NCBI GenBank assembly: GCA_013265495.1
Contig: MU057809.1
Coordinates: 1,913,062 to 1,977,061 of the forward strand
Direction of reading: 5' to 3'
Source: Vicugna vicugna
Taxonomy: Eukaryota
Length of the DNA stretch: 64,000 bases
The translations under genes were made by a program, and so were the position numbers. The notes under the pieces are model-generated. The model was given only the letters and a program-made list of their open reading frames with translations, was not told the DNA's origin and searched no databases. Of this stretch, positions 50,596-63,344 are shown in pieces; position 1 is the first letter of the stretch; each line of letters opens with the position of its first letter.

Positions 50596-51959
50596 CTTGT
50601 ATTTTTAGCATAGTGTATTTCTCCACTTTCCGTCTTTCATTTTGTGTATCCTGGTGCCACTGACTACCTGTGGAAATGCGGACTGTGTGTTCGGTGATCA
50701 GCATTTGCTTTACTTTCTGTAAATTATTTGTTCTTCTCACCCGTCTCACCTCTTGTTTTCCCTCTTTTTTGATCTTTTCTTTTCATCCCGGTCAGCCTTC
50801 TCTTTCACCTCGAGACTAATTTCTGCCAAGAAGCCTGCCCTCACGCACCACGGATGACTTAGATTTGAGGAGGGGTGGGAGACATGTTTACTTACAAAGC
50901 AGCACAACCAACCCATCCATATCCAACCTATAGAAATAAAAATCCAAGTGCTTTTTTCTACTCCAGAGTAAAGAGAAGAAGGTTTTGGATTATAATCTTA
51001 ATATATAATTTAGAGAGCTCAAAATATTTTATGTCCTATATAGTGACACTGAGAGCATTTACTAAGCATTGACCAAAAAATCAACCATGTGGTAGTTTTC
51101 TGCCAGTTAACAATTGATTTTATTTAGCTGCAGAATGAACTACATCAGTATAAAAGCTAACAGCACTTACTTCTGACAATTTTAGAACAGGGATAAGACA
51201 AAAATACTAAACAGGAATAATCGTAGCTTGAACATCATTTATGTAAAATACATTAAATTTGAAATAGTTGAAGGCTAGAATCCAAATTCAGAAGTAATTA
51301 ACCAAAATAGTTGACAGATGTCAGCCATGCTAGTAAAATTTGTATACCCTGACTATTTTCCAGCTTGTAATTAACTGCACAGATGATGTGATCTGATTTT
51401 GTCACTAAGTGCTTGTTAATGAAGGAGACAATGGCTGGTTACGCAGTCGTGGTGCTAGCTGAATACCGAGTGTTAAGTATTTCCCATACAGCTGGCATAA
51501 CTGGGAGCCACACAAGCCTTGATACTAGTTTGATTTGTGCTTAACTTTCTCATTCAGCTTTGAGTGACCTTGAAGATAGTAAATCTATTTTTATTTTTTG
51601 GCCAGGGAGCATAATGGCTTTTATTTTTAGATGCTTTGTTATAAATTTAATGTCGTCAGGCTAGTGATATCACCATTGGTGGTTCAAAAAAATGCAAACA
51701 GATAATTTCAAGTAAAGCTAAGTAGAACGTGATCTGCCAATATGACTTGGAGACTTGAATGCAGAACACTGTTAACATAAACGAGCTAATAACAAAAGAG
51801 CATTATTCATTATCATCTTATAGTGTGGCATATGCTTTAATATTACAGACGGCTGCTGAACTTCCGAGCATAAGCAGAAGGCTGGATTAGGTGTTTCTGA
51901 CTTCAGAGCAGGTGCTCACCAGTGACCGAAAGCCCTTGCTCCTGTCACTCATCTCTTTT

Positions 51960-52650
51960 ATTAGCCAGTGCTCACTGGGAGCTCACCACATGCCCGTGCT
52001 GAACGAAGTGCTGGGGGTGTGTGGGGAGCCAGACGTTCAGTACCTCTAAGCAGCTCATACTCTAGAGGGAGGCAGACAAATAGCCACTCCAGAGGTTCTA
52101 ACTGTGGTGGATGTTTTGAAGGGCAGCAACATTTTATTGTCACGGCCGCTGGAGATGAAGAAAGGCTTCCTTGAAGATGCACTGCTTCAACTGCAACCTG
52201 AAGCTGACCGGGGAAAAAGGGAGGGAAGAGTGTGCAGGGAGAGGGAACGGCTTGTGCGGAGTCCCTGTGGTGGCAGAGAACGCCCAGTGCACTTGGTATC
52301 TGCGGTAGCCGTTTGAGGTATTGAGGCACTTGGAGGAGACCAGTGAGGCTGGAGCGGAGAGGGCAGCCACTCAGCTACAGGTGGGTCTGGGGAGTTGGGT
52401 AAGAGCCACAGCACGCAGGGCCCGGAAGGCCGGTTTCAGGAGTTATGTCTTTATGCTGCAAGAGCACCAGACGCACTGGAGGGTTCAGGAAAGAAGGGAA
52501 CACGATCAGACTTCAGTTCCGGTAAGAATCTCTGTGGCTGCAGTTGGAAGTGGACTGAAAGGAGCTGGAGAGGATGAGGACTAGAGCAGTTAGGGAGCCA
52601 CTGCAGCTGCGTTGGCAGTAAGCATGGAAGCCCGACAAGAAGCAGGAAGA
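51960..52650 (-). mobile_element. L2 3' region
   Basis: 'gaagaaaggcttccttgaaga...cagggagagggaacggcttgtgc...gtgaggctggagc...aatctctgtggctgcag'. Confidence 0.75.
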
Positions 52651-52829
52651 TTCAGGAGATGCCACGGCGCTCCCTCCCCCCCCGTGTCCTCTCGCTGCCC
52701 TATACGGCCGTGGCGCTCTGACCTCCACAGGAACGTGTACCCTGCGTGGCTGTTCTCCTGTGTGCTTCCTCTCCCCCCACCCCGCCCCCAGTATGGACAG
52801 GCTAGTCCAGTTCTGCCCTTGTTTATAGG

Positions 52830-53120
52830 ACAGAGGTGACTGACACCCCCGGGCCCAGGCCCCAGCTCCTTCCTCGGGCGGCCTCTCTCTCCGGGAGCGC
52901 GGTCTTACAGTCTTCGTGCTTGTCTGCCAGCTCGCTTCGCCTGTTTGACATCTCCGCTTGAGTGTCTCCCAGACGTTCCCAACTTCACATGTGCTTACTG
53001 CCACTTTGACTTTCTTTTTTCCAAACTGGTTTCCCTACCTCCTCCTCCCCTTTTCTCTCTTACTCATCTTTGTATCATTGTGTTTAGAATATTACGTATT
53101 TGCTGAATGAGTGGGTGAAC
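52830..53120 (+). mobile_element. L2 fragments
   Basis: 'gacatctccgcttgagtgtctcccagac...aacttcacatgt' and the 3' tail 'tatttgctgaatgagtg'. Confidence 0.55.
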
Positions 53121-53349
53121 TCAACATATAATTACAGCAGTAGGTAGTACAGAGAAGAGGGAAGACTTCCCTTCCCCCACCCAAGAACAAGAAAACCCAT
53201 TCCATTCCTTTTACACGGAAACTGTAGTTGTTCCAGGTTCTCCTAAAAGTGGGCCACTCAGAACTGGGCACTCTTGTTATTGTCCCCTGCGAGTTCTCCT
53301 CAGATGATCGCACTTCTGTGCTCCTGTTCCCAGCTGTGTGTGTTCCTAG

Positions 53350-53990
53350 TCTATAGTCAGTTCTTAGGTTGCTGTCCTTGGTGAATGTGCCATCCTTGAT
53401 AGGCCAGTATGCGGTCGGATTGGAAGCAGGCACCTTATGTAAAGCGATGACCCCCATTTGCACGCATGACTCGTGGAGGGGAGGCTGGCACTTGTTACTG
53501 CTGAGTGGTGATGGAAGTCTTTTGTATTCTCTAGTATCACCGCAGTGTGATGGGGGGATGGGACCCCACTGTGGGGCAAGGGTGGCAGTGCAGGCAGCCC
53601 GCTTGGCTTTCTTGCAGGGATGTGCTTGTGCTGTTTTCTGTGGTGTTTGGCTGGCGTAGAGTGGTTACTGTCTAAGTTTTCTTCCTTGTGCTTTGGTTAG
53701 TGAGAGAGCAAGTTTCCCTTGGAGGATTTTTTGTCTGCTCACATTGGTGTTTCTAGGGTGCCATCTTCTATAGCATCTGATCTTGGGTGAAGCAGAAAGG
53801 AAACCCAGCGAGTGCACTGCTGTGTCGTTCTCTGGGTCCTGCGGTTCCTAGCCAGTCTGACTTCCGCTTCTATCTTCCAGAGTCTTTCTGTGATTGTCTT
53901 ACATATAATATTCAGGGTCTTCAGCTGCACTTAGCAGGAAGAATAGGGAGAAATAGGTGTATTCCGGCTTGGTTTGGAGCTGGAAATCAG
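53350..53990 (-). mobile_element. Old L1 5' end (L1MC-like)
   Basis: 'aggaaacccag...tctctgggtcctgcggttcctagccagtctg...gcacttagcaggaagaatagggag...ctggaaatc' is typical of antisense L1MC 5' ends. Confidence 0.65.
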
Positions 53991-54189
53991 GAGGCTCTCC
54001 TTAATGATTACATTTCTTTTAAATTAAGTTTGCCCATTCAATTAATTAGAATATACTCTTTTCCTAGGAGAAAGGAATGTCCAGCCAGTTTAACTTACAC
54101 TTGCTTTACGCATGTTTGTGCATGTTTTGTTTTGTTTTTGGAATTTGAATGGCTGTGGCATAAATCCTAAAGTTTTCTAATAATCACAG

Positions 54190-54420
54190 TATTAATTACT
54201 GTAATTCATGGTACGCCTGATACATGCTTGACACAATGTGTGCTGTCTCTAATCTTCCTCAGACCCCCATGCATTAGGTTTTATTATCTGTGTTTTGTGG
54301 ATAAAGGATCTGAGGCTCATGGAAGTAAATTAGCCAAGGTCACAAAATGAAGAAATGTTTGCATTAGGATATGAACCAAAGTTTGTCTAATTGTAAAATG
54401 TTTACCCTTTGTCTTTATCA
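54190..54420 (-). mobile_element. MIR SINE
   Basis: 'ttttgtggataaaggatctgaggctca...ccaaggtcaca...ggatatgaaccaaagtttgtct'. Confidence 0.75.
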
Positions 54421-55269
54421 TATAATTGCAGAAAATTGGATAAAGTCTTAGAGGTGGTGAAATTTCCGACAGCCCTTCACACAACAAAATTAAAATTACT
54501 CTATCTGTGGCTTATTTGACTTATGTTTAAAGTAGAATCTTGAAAAGAGAGTATGCGTAAGAGCAACCAACTTTCAGAAGCTTTATCAAGTTAGATATTT
54601 TGGATTCATTCAACTCTATCAAGTCTCCGCTTTTAAGTTTTTCTGGTAGATTCCTCGCAATGTGTCGTAAAATAGCATTTGTAGAACAAGTTAACAACGA
54701 TTTTAAGCAATACCTGTTTTCAAACAAGATTAAACTGTAATTGAATTCAATTCCTAAGAAATAATTAATAGGAAATCCGCGGCACTGCAGAGTTAGGTCA
54801 ATATCCCAGGATATTGTTTTAGCTACAAGTGTTTGTGGATGTTAAACTCTACTGTCAAGTGGGTTTGCTTATGAGATTACTGCTTTACCATGAATTTATT
54901 CTCTTCAAAATCTTTTTCAGACTTTGCAAAAGTCTTTACATGGCTCATCTTTTTAGACACCATGTAATCAATAGAACAGCTTTCAAGAAAAAAGTTGAAA
55001 AAAGACAGATGAATTCCAGGAAGGGAAAGTTAATGAAGCGATGTGAAATATGAATGAATCTGGTGTGCTGGGTTTTAGATGCCTTTTTTTGTGCAAGTGA
55101 CAGGTTACAGAGCTCTGAACTTGAAATCTTATTAAAATCTTTGAGGATGCAGATAGAAGAAGTCTCATTTAAAAAGTGCTTTTTACTCAGCAGGTTTATA
55201 ATTCAATATTATTTCTATCTGTTTTAATGTATTAAATATTATACATTAAACCACATTAGAGGAGACAGT

Positions 55270-56550
55270 TTTTATGTTTATTATTTTCTTTAATTACAAA
55301 AGTAAAATGACTTAATTGTAGCATTTGAAGTGATTAACATATTATGAAGGAAAATTTACTTATTTTTCCCCGGCAGCCTCCTCTTCACTCCCTCTCCCTA
55401 ACTAATGTTAACCTTGAAGGGTCTGTCTTCCCACATCTCTCTCCACGCTCAGACAAGTACACACACACACTTATAGACACCTGTGTACATTTCAGAGGTA
55501 ACAGACTTCACTGATAATGATTATGTGCTCCATAAAGGTGTCATTCTCTATACATACGGCTCCTCTCGTTGCCTTTTTCCTTTCGTTCTTCCAGGACAAT
55601 AGGTCTAAATCAAAGTTATTTAAAATTAACTCTGGTATATAGCATGTGTAGTATGAACGTGTCGGTTTATCCAGTCGCTCCCTGTTGGTGGGCATCTCAG
55701 TGGTTCCTGAGAGATTTTCTGTTGCTCACCGCTTCACACACTACCGTTCGCCCTTATAAATAGTACGCCTTAACGTCTCTGCTCTCATGTCTTCGTTTTT
55801 ATGTAGCCGTGCTTTTACCTCCAAAGGGGAGGTATCTGACAAAGAGGCCGCCAGGTCCGAGGGTGTGTCTGCTTAACTTTGTGTAGATACTGCTAGATTT
55901 CTTTCTCAAATGTCTACTGCAGATTCATAGTCCTGGAAGTACCGGATGGGATTGCTCATTGTCCCACCTCCTTAACAGCAGTAGGTCTTACTGCTCTTAA
56001 GTTTTGCTGACGTGATGAGTGAGAAAGGTGTCTTTGCTTTCAGTAGCATTATCTGACTATTGGTGATGGTGAATGTCTTTTCATTTTTGTTGACCACTTC
56101 AGTTTGGTCTTCGGTGAATTTCCTCTATATGTTGTTTGTCTCTTTCCCACTGAGTTGTCTTTTTCTTATCCATTTGTGGGAGTGCTTTATAGTAAAGTGA
56201 CAGTAGCTCTTTGATCATTTATTTTGGAAGTACTCTTTACCAGTCTATTTTTGAAGCGGTTTATGGTATTTTTTGCTACGGTGTATTTAAATATATGTTA
56301 TCACAGTTGTCTGTCTATATCGTTGTGGGTTTCCTACCTCCTTAGGTTCCACCAGTGTACTCCCACATCCTCTTATTCTAAATGTTACTGTCTTATTTTT
56401 CATATGGAAGTCTTTATGTATCTGGAATTTACTTTTACGTATGGTGAGATACAGAGGCCAAGCTTTGCCTGTTTCTCAATATTATGCTAATGCCTTTTAG
56501 TAAATAAACCATCCTTTCTCTTCTGAATCTAAATGTCATCAGTATTCTTT
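55270..56550 (-). mobile_element. Old L1 (L1ME-like) 3' region
   Basis: Degenerate antisense L1: 'tgttggtgggcatctcagtgg', 'tagatactgctagatt', 'tatctggaatttacttttacgtatggtgaga'. Confidence 0.65.
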
Positions 56551-57639
56551 TAAAATATTTAAATGATTACATTTCTTCTCCAGCTTAACCCATTTTCAGT
56601 AAGGTAATGACTTTTTAAGAGCAGGATTTAGTAAATTGGAAAGGTTACTTCTCTGTGCTCAAACGTCAAATGCTACCTGATATCCTTTATTGTTGCTGAC
56701 TAAAATTGCAAGCACAGGATTATTGCTGTGAACAAATCCACTAATCAGGATGTAACTTAACAATGTTAAGACCCTGGATGAAAAAAGGAAAATTTGAGAT
56801 ATTCATTCAGTGCCTCTACAAAAGCAGTAACATATAAGCACTGTGAAAAAAGGAATTTATTAAATATAAGAAACCTCTTTTTTTCTTTTCAAATAGAAAC
56901 AGAGAAATTAGGTTTACAGACACCTTTCTCTTCCTTCATGACATAAGCTACATAGGAATGGCCCTCCAAGTGAGGCTGGGTTACGATTTGGGCCAGGGGC
57001 ACCTCAAAGCTGCCCCTCCGGAGGGGTCTGAAGGCAAACTCCCTGCTGTCCAGTTTTCTGTGGGTTCGTCATTTAAGTCTGCCCTGCACAGAGATCAGAT
57101 CCAGGCGTACCTTACATTTTTATTCACTGCGAAAATAAGTCCTGGGGCTTGGTGCTACAACATCATGCTTTGCAAAGTCTTTTTGTTGAGGAATGCTGGT
57201 TGGATTTATCTACTGTCATACAAGTGGTGAAGGAGAGGCAAAGGTGACTTCAGTATCTCTAACCAGGAGGTAGCTGTAAAAACTGTATCAATTACAGATT
57301 TAAGGAGATTTGGTTATATATTGCATTATTGTAATGACAGGTCATCTCTGTAATTACATCTTAGAGTCTGTTCAGATCCTTTTACTGAACACTTTAAGTG
57401 TCTGACAGTACGGACCTACATAAATAAAATATGCTATATTCCTAGGATGGAATAGTATGTAGATATTAAATATTATATTTTTGATGAATGCTTATAGTAG
57501 GTCAATATTCTCAGAATATTCTGTTTTATAATAAAGCATTATCTACAGTAGGTATCCAACAGTTTAACTCAGAAGATACCAGCAGCGAGGCTTGTGTGAC
57601 TAGTTTGTTCATTCATTTCCAAGCAATGTGATCCGAAAT

Positions 57640-58310
57640 AGAGGAGCCAGAAGGTAGGAAGGAAAGAGGAGGAGAGCAGTTTTGTAGAAGCTGATGAAGA
57701 GGGAAGCAGTAGTTGTGTGATCAGTTGGCACAGAGATTTCACGTCAGCTCAGTCCTTAGAGGTGTCTGTTGGATTTGGCGACAAAGATGTTACTAGTGGC
57801 GGAGGCCAGAGCAAGTCCTAAAGTGACACTGAAAGATGGTAGCTTATAGGGGTGGAATAGAGAACGGAAGGCGAGGTGGAGACCAGTACACAGTTATTTT
57901 ACTTCAGTAGGTTAGCTGTTTAAACAGGTAGGCAGTGTAAAAGCTAGAAGCAGATGGATGCTGGAGGGGGAGGGAGGGGTGTGTGTGTGTGTGTGTGTGT
58001 GGGTGTGATGAACGAGACTTGAGTAATGTCCTAAGTTTAGCGAATAGAGAATAAAAATTAAGAAGATGAGGGAGCTAATTGACACAAAGTCCTTCAAGAG
58101 ATGAGGGAGCATGGAGCTCTGTCAAAAAATGGGGACCCCTCTCCCGCCGTGTCTGGAGAGAGGGAGGAGGGATGAGCGTGTAAGGTGCAGGCGAGTCTGG
58201 GTCGGAGGCAGAGTGGGCGGTGGGGGCGGAGTGAGGGCAATGGCATTTTCCTCTGTGAACTGCGGACAGAGAGGAGAGACAGAGGCTCTGGGACTCTGGG
58301 ATGGGAAGGG
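57640..58310 (-). mobile_element. L2 fragment, highly diverged
   Basis: 'agaggtgtctgttggatttggcgacaaagatgttactagtg' and purine-rich downstream segments. Confidence 0.55.
57979..58000. repeat. (GT)11 microsatellite
   Basis: Read directly. Confidence 0.93.
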
Positions 58311-60065
58311 CGCGGCTGGGCGAGCGTGCCTCTGAACAGGACCCCGTCCTCGGTCCTGCCAGTGTAGCAACATGGAATCAGAGTAAAGTCGATTTGATTT
58401 AATTTCCGTTATCTTTCACTGCTTAAGATGTCTTGATACTGAGACTTTATATTTAATGTAGGACTGAGTAATCTACTGAAATTTAAGCTAAAGTAAATAT
58501 TTGATGAACAACACACACAGAAAATTAAATAATTCCATCAGCCTCCAAAACCCTGCTCTACATGATCACTTTACATTCTGCTCTGATTCACAATTTAGCA
58601 TTTTTTTCTCTCAAGTAACGGCGACCATTTAAAAACTAACTGTATATGGCGAATCAAACCAGTGCAGTAAGGAAGAGACTTGGAGCAGGACATGAAGGGG
58701 TTGCTTCGGGCAGTTGCCAGGAAAATGTGCCCCAAGTGGGAGTGTTAACATAGTGTACAGGTTTCTCTGCTTATGAACTCTGACTATAGTATTGATTTTT
58801 TTTTGTATACAGAAAAAAAATTTGCTCAAAACTCACTAATGTGAATAAACAGGTATCTTAGAACCAGGAAAGGAGGACTAAATGTTTTACTGAGTTAAAT
58901 TATGTAAATTTGACAGGGGTTGTTGAAGTTGACTCACATGATTACAAATAATTAAGTTATGGACATTCTTGTGTCTTACCTGTTCAACATATTTGGGGCT
59001 TTTGTCATGTCAGCTTCCTTTAGAACAGGTCGGATTGCATCTAAACCCTTCAGAACAAGGGGTTACTTTCTTAAGGATTCTGGAACGGTGCTGCCGTCCC
59101 AGAGTCTCAGAAGCGGGCTGCCTGTTGCTTCTGCTAAGTGTCTGGTTTCCTTCTGCCACTTTCTCGAAGCAGCTGATTGATACTAGAAACTGGCAGGTTG
59201 GGAGTTATGTACCTACACAGCAGTAAGTGGATTTGTTAATTCATTTTGAGTCATAGGGAAATTCTTACTGTAAACATCCCTGGAATAAAGTTAAGCTTGT
59301 GATTGTTGTCTCAAAGTAAAAAGCAAGAAGGTTATTTGGAAAATGCATTAATAACAAATCAAAACCTTTACTACTAAAATGTCACATTAAGAAAACTCTT
59401 AATTTTGTGTATACTTGTTTCAATACTGACAGCTCATAATGCAGTCTTGCAGATATTAAAGAAATGAACATATTTGCCAGCCCTGCTACACTATAGAAAC
59501 ACTTCCCACAGTGCTGCCCTGTACATGGTGATGTTTGCGATTCAAAGCGATGAACGCGATTGTGTGCCTTCTGCGGGGACTCCCCTCCCTTCGCCCGCCG
59601 CCCTGTTAGCGCTCCCGTTGGCTTACATTTGCCAGCGGTCTTGTAGGGCTTTTGGTGAGTCAGCGTCCTGTTGCTGTTCCTGCTGAGGTGTCCTTTCTCT
59701 CCCTCGTTTTGTTTTCTGGCTCTTTCTCTTTTTGTTTTTTCTCAGCACAGAGCATATTCCATTGTGAAGCCCCTGTTGATGTGAGTGGCCCCATTCTACC
59801 TTATTCAACTGTGAGAGAGCTGCAGGTGACTTGTTATTTTTAATGCCACCATTCCCTCTGTCCTGGTATTGCTTCCTCAGCTCCATCCTGCCACCATGGT
59901 AGAGCTGACCCTGCGTCACAGCCCCTCTGTCCACGCCCTGCCGCTGCTGTCTGGAGCCCCCATGTCGCCGGACCACCCATCCCTAACTTGCTGAACGCCT
60001 ATGCTGGTGCCTGAGCAGGGGGAGCCCCTTGGCTCTGTGGGAGTCCTGTTCCCTAATACTCAGGA

Positions 60066-60645
60066 CAGTGGTTCTGAAGCTTGACTGTGCGTGGGGTGAT
60101 CACTGGCATGTAAAGAATGCGGAGCCCTGTTCCCCACAGCCAGAGATCCTGATTCGGCAGCGACGGTAGGCTGAAAAATGTCTCCCCACATCACATACCC
60201 AGGCCCTGCCAATGTCATCTTAGTTGGAAAAATGACTTTTGCAGACATGACTGAATTCGGGATCTAGAGATGAGGAGACGTCTTGGATTACCTAGGTGGG
60301 CCCTGAATGCCACCACAGTGCACTTATAAGACAGACAGAGAAGACAGGCAGAAGAGGAGGAGCAGCGTGGCTGGGCAGAGGCCGGAGGGGTGCTGCCAGC
60401 CCCCAGCAGCTGGAAGGGGCCACGGCAGAATCTCCCTTGGAGCCTCCAGAGGGAGGGCAGCTCTGCCAGCACCATCATGTCAGACTTCTGGCCTCCAGAA
60501 GTACGAAAGGGCGCGCTTCTGCTGCCTTAAGTATCCAGCCTGTGGCAGTCTGTTACGGCATCTGGAGGAACTGATACGGAATTTGGGTAGAGCCCAGGAA
60601 CAGGCATTTCTGACAAGCGCCAGGGTGATTTCAAGGCAGGTGCTC
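60066..60645. mobile_element. MER5-like hAT element split by the LTR at 60161-60578
   Basis: Left part 'cagtggttctgaagctt...ccagagatcctgattcggcag'; right part 'ttgggtagagcccaggaacaggcatttctgacaagcgccagggtgattt'. Confidence 0.75.
60161..60578 (+). mobile_element. MaLR solo LTR (MLT1C-like)
   Basis: 'gagatgaggagacgtcttggattacctaggtgggccct...ggagcctccagaggga...cagacttctggcctccagaa...ggaactgatac'. Confidence 0.88.
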
Positions 60646-61329
60646 GCCTTACTGCTCTTGACACACAGTGTCGTAGCAGGAGGGCCCGTCTGTGCTCTTG
60701 GACCTGCAGCCAATGTGTGATGACGCCCAGCGTCTCGACTGGGCCCTGGGACAGAAGTTTTTAAGTGGAGCAGAGAAACAGTGGGTATATTCTACAGTTC
60801 GAGAACCGTCTTTCAGATACGTTTGGATTACCTTTTAGTCTGGATTAACTCAGGTCTATAAAGTAGTTTCATTCATCACTCAGTTTTGCTACCAAGCATG
60901 GCTGTGAGACAGGAGAGGAAAAAGGTAGGGAAGTTTTTGGAATTATAGGTTATGTGGCTTTTTTATGTTGAGAAGTTTGTCGTTTTCATTAAAATGCTAA
61001 ATTTTTATTAGAATTTATTTCCTATTCATAGTATTTAGTAAGTGCTTTCTTATATAAACCTGGAGCTGAGGTTGATTGGTTGCCAATTTATTTATACATG
61101 TTTTTCTGTAAAATTTTTGAAGCACTGTGCAATGAATGTGTAAATACAATACGCATAACCCCCCCAAGTCTTTGGATAAAACTGACATAGCCAAATCATA
61201 AAAAACCATTCAGTTTCTAGACTTTCATCTTGTCATTCGTTTTATTGTTACGTTTTGTTGTTTTTTTCTTTTAAATGTCCCCTGTAACATGAACTTTCAT
61301 TGGTGTTAATAAATATATTTAGGTTTCTC

Positions 61330-63330
61330 AAGTTTCCCCAGATTTACGTGTAGTCATTTATGTGTGTGTGTTTGTGTGCGTGCAAGCATTTAATTCTGTG
61401 CAGCTTTACCACAGGTGTAGGTTTGTGTTTCTGCAGTCGAGATGCAGACTAGTTCTGGCACTACAGGGGGTCCCTGCATTGTGCTCTCCTGGCTGTCTGC
61501 TCCCCAGTGCCTGATCCGTGGCAACGACAGATTTGTTTTCCATTTCTGTAGGTTGTCATTTAAAAGCTTATGTAATCTTTTATGATTTTCTTTTTCAGTT
61601 GGCAGAATCCTCTTGGAAGTCAGCTAAGTTGTGTGTTCATCGATGGTTCATTCCTTTTTGTTGCCGAGGAGTATTCCAAGACACAGCTGTGCTGGGGTGT
61701 GTTAACCATTGGCCATTGGAGGGTGTCTGGGTTATTTGTAGTTTTTGGCTGTTGCCAATAAAGCTACTGTGAGCATTTATTTGCAGGGTTTTGTGTGAAC
61801 ATAATTTTTCATTTCTCTGGGATAAATCATAAGTGTGCAGTTTCTCAGTTTATAGTAATTGCATGTTTAGTTGTAAGAACCTGTGAGACTATTTCACAGA
61901 GTGGCTGTACCATTTTAGTCTGCCACCAGCTATGTAGGAATGGCAGTTTCTCTGTGTCATTGCCAGTGTTTGGTATAATTGCTTTTTAATTTAGACATTC
62001 TGATAGGTATGTAGTGATATCTCATTATGGTTTCACTTTGGTCTCGTGATTATTGATGCTGAATGTCTTTTGATGTCTGTTCATGATGTTTGCCCATTGG
62101 ATGATTAGATTTTCTTCTGTTGAGTTTCGAGAGTTCTTTGTATGTCCAGATACTTGTTCTTTGTTGGGTATGCGGGTAGCAAATGCCTTCTCCCAGCCAG
62201 CAGCTTATCTTTTCATCCTCTTAACAGGGTCTTTACAGAGCAAAAGGTTTTAATTTTGATAAAGTCCAACTTAACAATTTTTCCTTTATGGGTTGTTATT
62301 TTAGAGTCAAGTCGAAGAATTCTTTGCCTGTCATTAGTTCCAGAAGATTTTCTCCTGTTTTTTCCTAAAACATACTGAGTTTTAAGCTTTACATTTAAGT
62401 TTGTGACCCATTTTGAATTAATTTCTGCATAAAATGTAAGACTTAGGTTGATTTCCAGCCCCCCCAGCCCCCATAGTGGCCCAGTTGCTCCAGCTCTATG
62501 TGTTGAAAAGGCTATTTTTTCACTTCATTTGTTTTTGCAACTTGGTCAAAAATAAGTTGGGTGGATAATTATATGTATATATTTCTGAGTTCTCTGTTTT
62601 GTTCCATTTATATATGTGTCTGCTTCTCTGCCAATACTACACAGTCTTGATTATTCTAGTTGTACACTAGGCCTTAATATTGGGTCGAGTGATTCCTTTC
62701 ATTTTGTTCTTCAGTGTTACATTGTTGTAGCTATTCTAGGTTCTTTGCTTTTTCATGTAAACTTTTGAGTCCTCTTGTCTGTGTCGACAATGTCTATGTT
62801 TGTGCTGGGATTTTGATAGAAATCGTGTTAGATCAGTGAATCAATTTGGGGGAACGATTGACATTCTTTAATGAAAGGTTTGCTGGTCATGAATTCTTTT
62901 GTTCTCTGTTCCGCTGTTTCAGAATGTTTTAATTTTTTCCTCCATTCCTCAAGGATAATTTTGTTGATATAGAAGTTATAGTTGACAGTTTTTTTCTTTC
63001 AGCAGTTAAGAAATGTGTCATTTCCTTCTGGCCTCCATGGTTTCTGCTGAGAAATCTGCTGTCATTTGAATTGTTATTCCTCTGTAACTAAAGTGCTATT
63101 TCTCTCTCACTGATTTCAGTAATTTTTTTTTAAGTTTTCATTAATTTGCCCTGGTATGGGTTTATTTGGGTTTATCCTGTTTGGGATTCATTCAGCTTCT
63201 TGAATCTGTAGATTTTGTTTTTCACTAAATTTAGGAAATATTTTAGTATCATTTCTTCAGATATTCTTTTTGCCCCACTAGCTTTCACCTCTCCTCCTGG
63301 GACTCCAATGATACAGATTTTGAATCTACT
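61330..63330 (-). mobile_element. Old L1 (L1MB/MC-like): 3' end and ORF2, joined to an ORF1-region piece at about 62870
   Basis: 'cagagtggctgtaccatttt', 'ggtatgtagtgatatctcattatggttt', 'cacagtcttgattatt', then 'ccttctggcctccatggtttctgctgagaaatc'. Confidence 0.88.
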
Positions 63331-63344
63331 ATCCAGTCAAACAC

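Noticed and set aside
52660..52980. CpG-island promoter (also 23990-24070 and 59550-59640)
   Set aside because: Patches are short, mostly inside old repeats, and have no associated first-exon structure; local GC-biased substitution explains them better.
57963..58240. G-rich runs as G-quadruplex candidates (also about 24055-24090)
   Set aside because: They lack four G3 runs with short loops and lie within decayed purine-rich L2 sequence.
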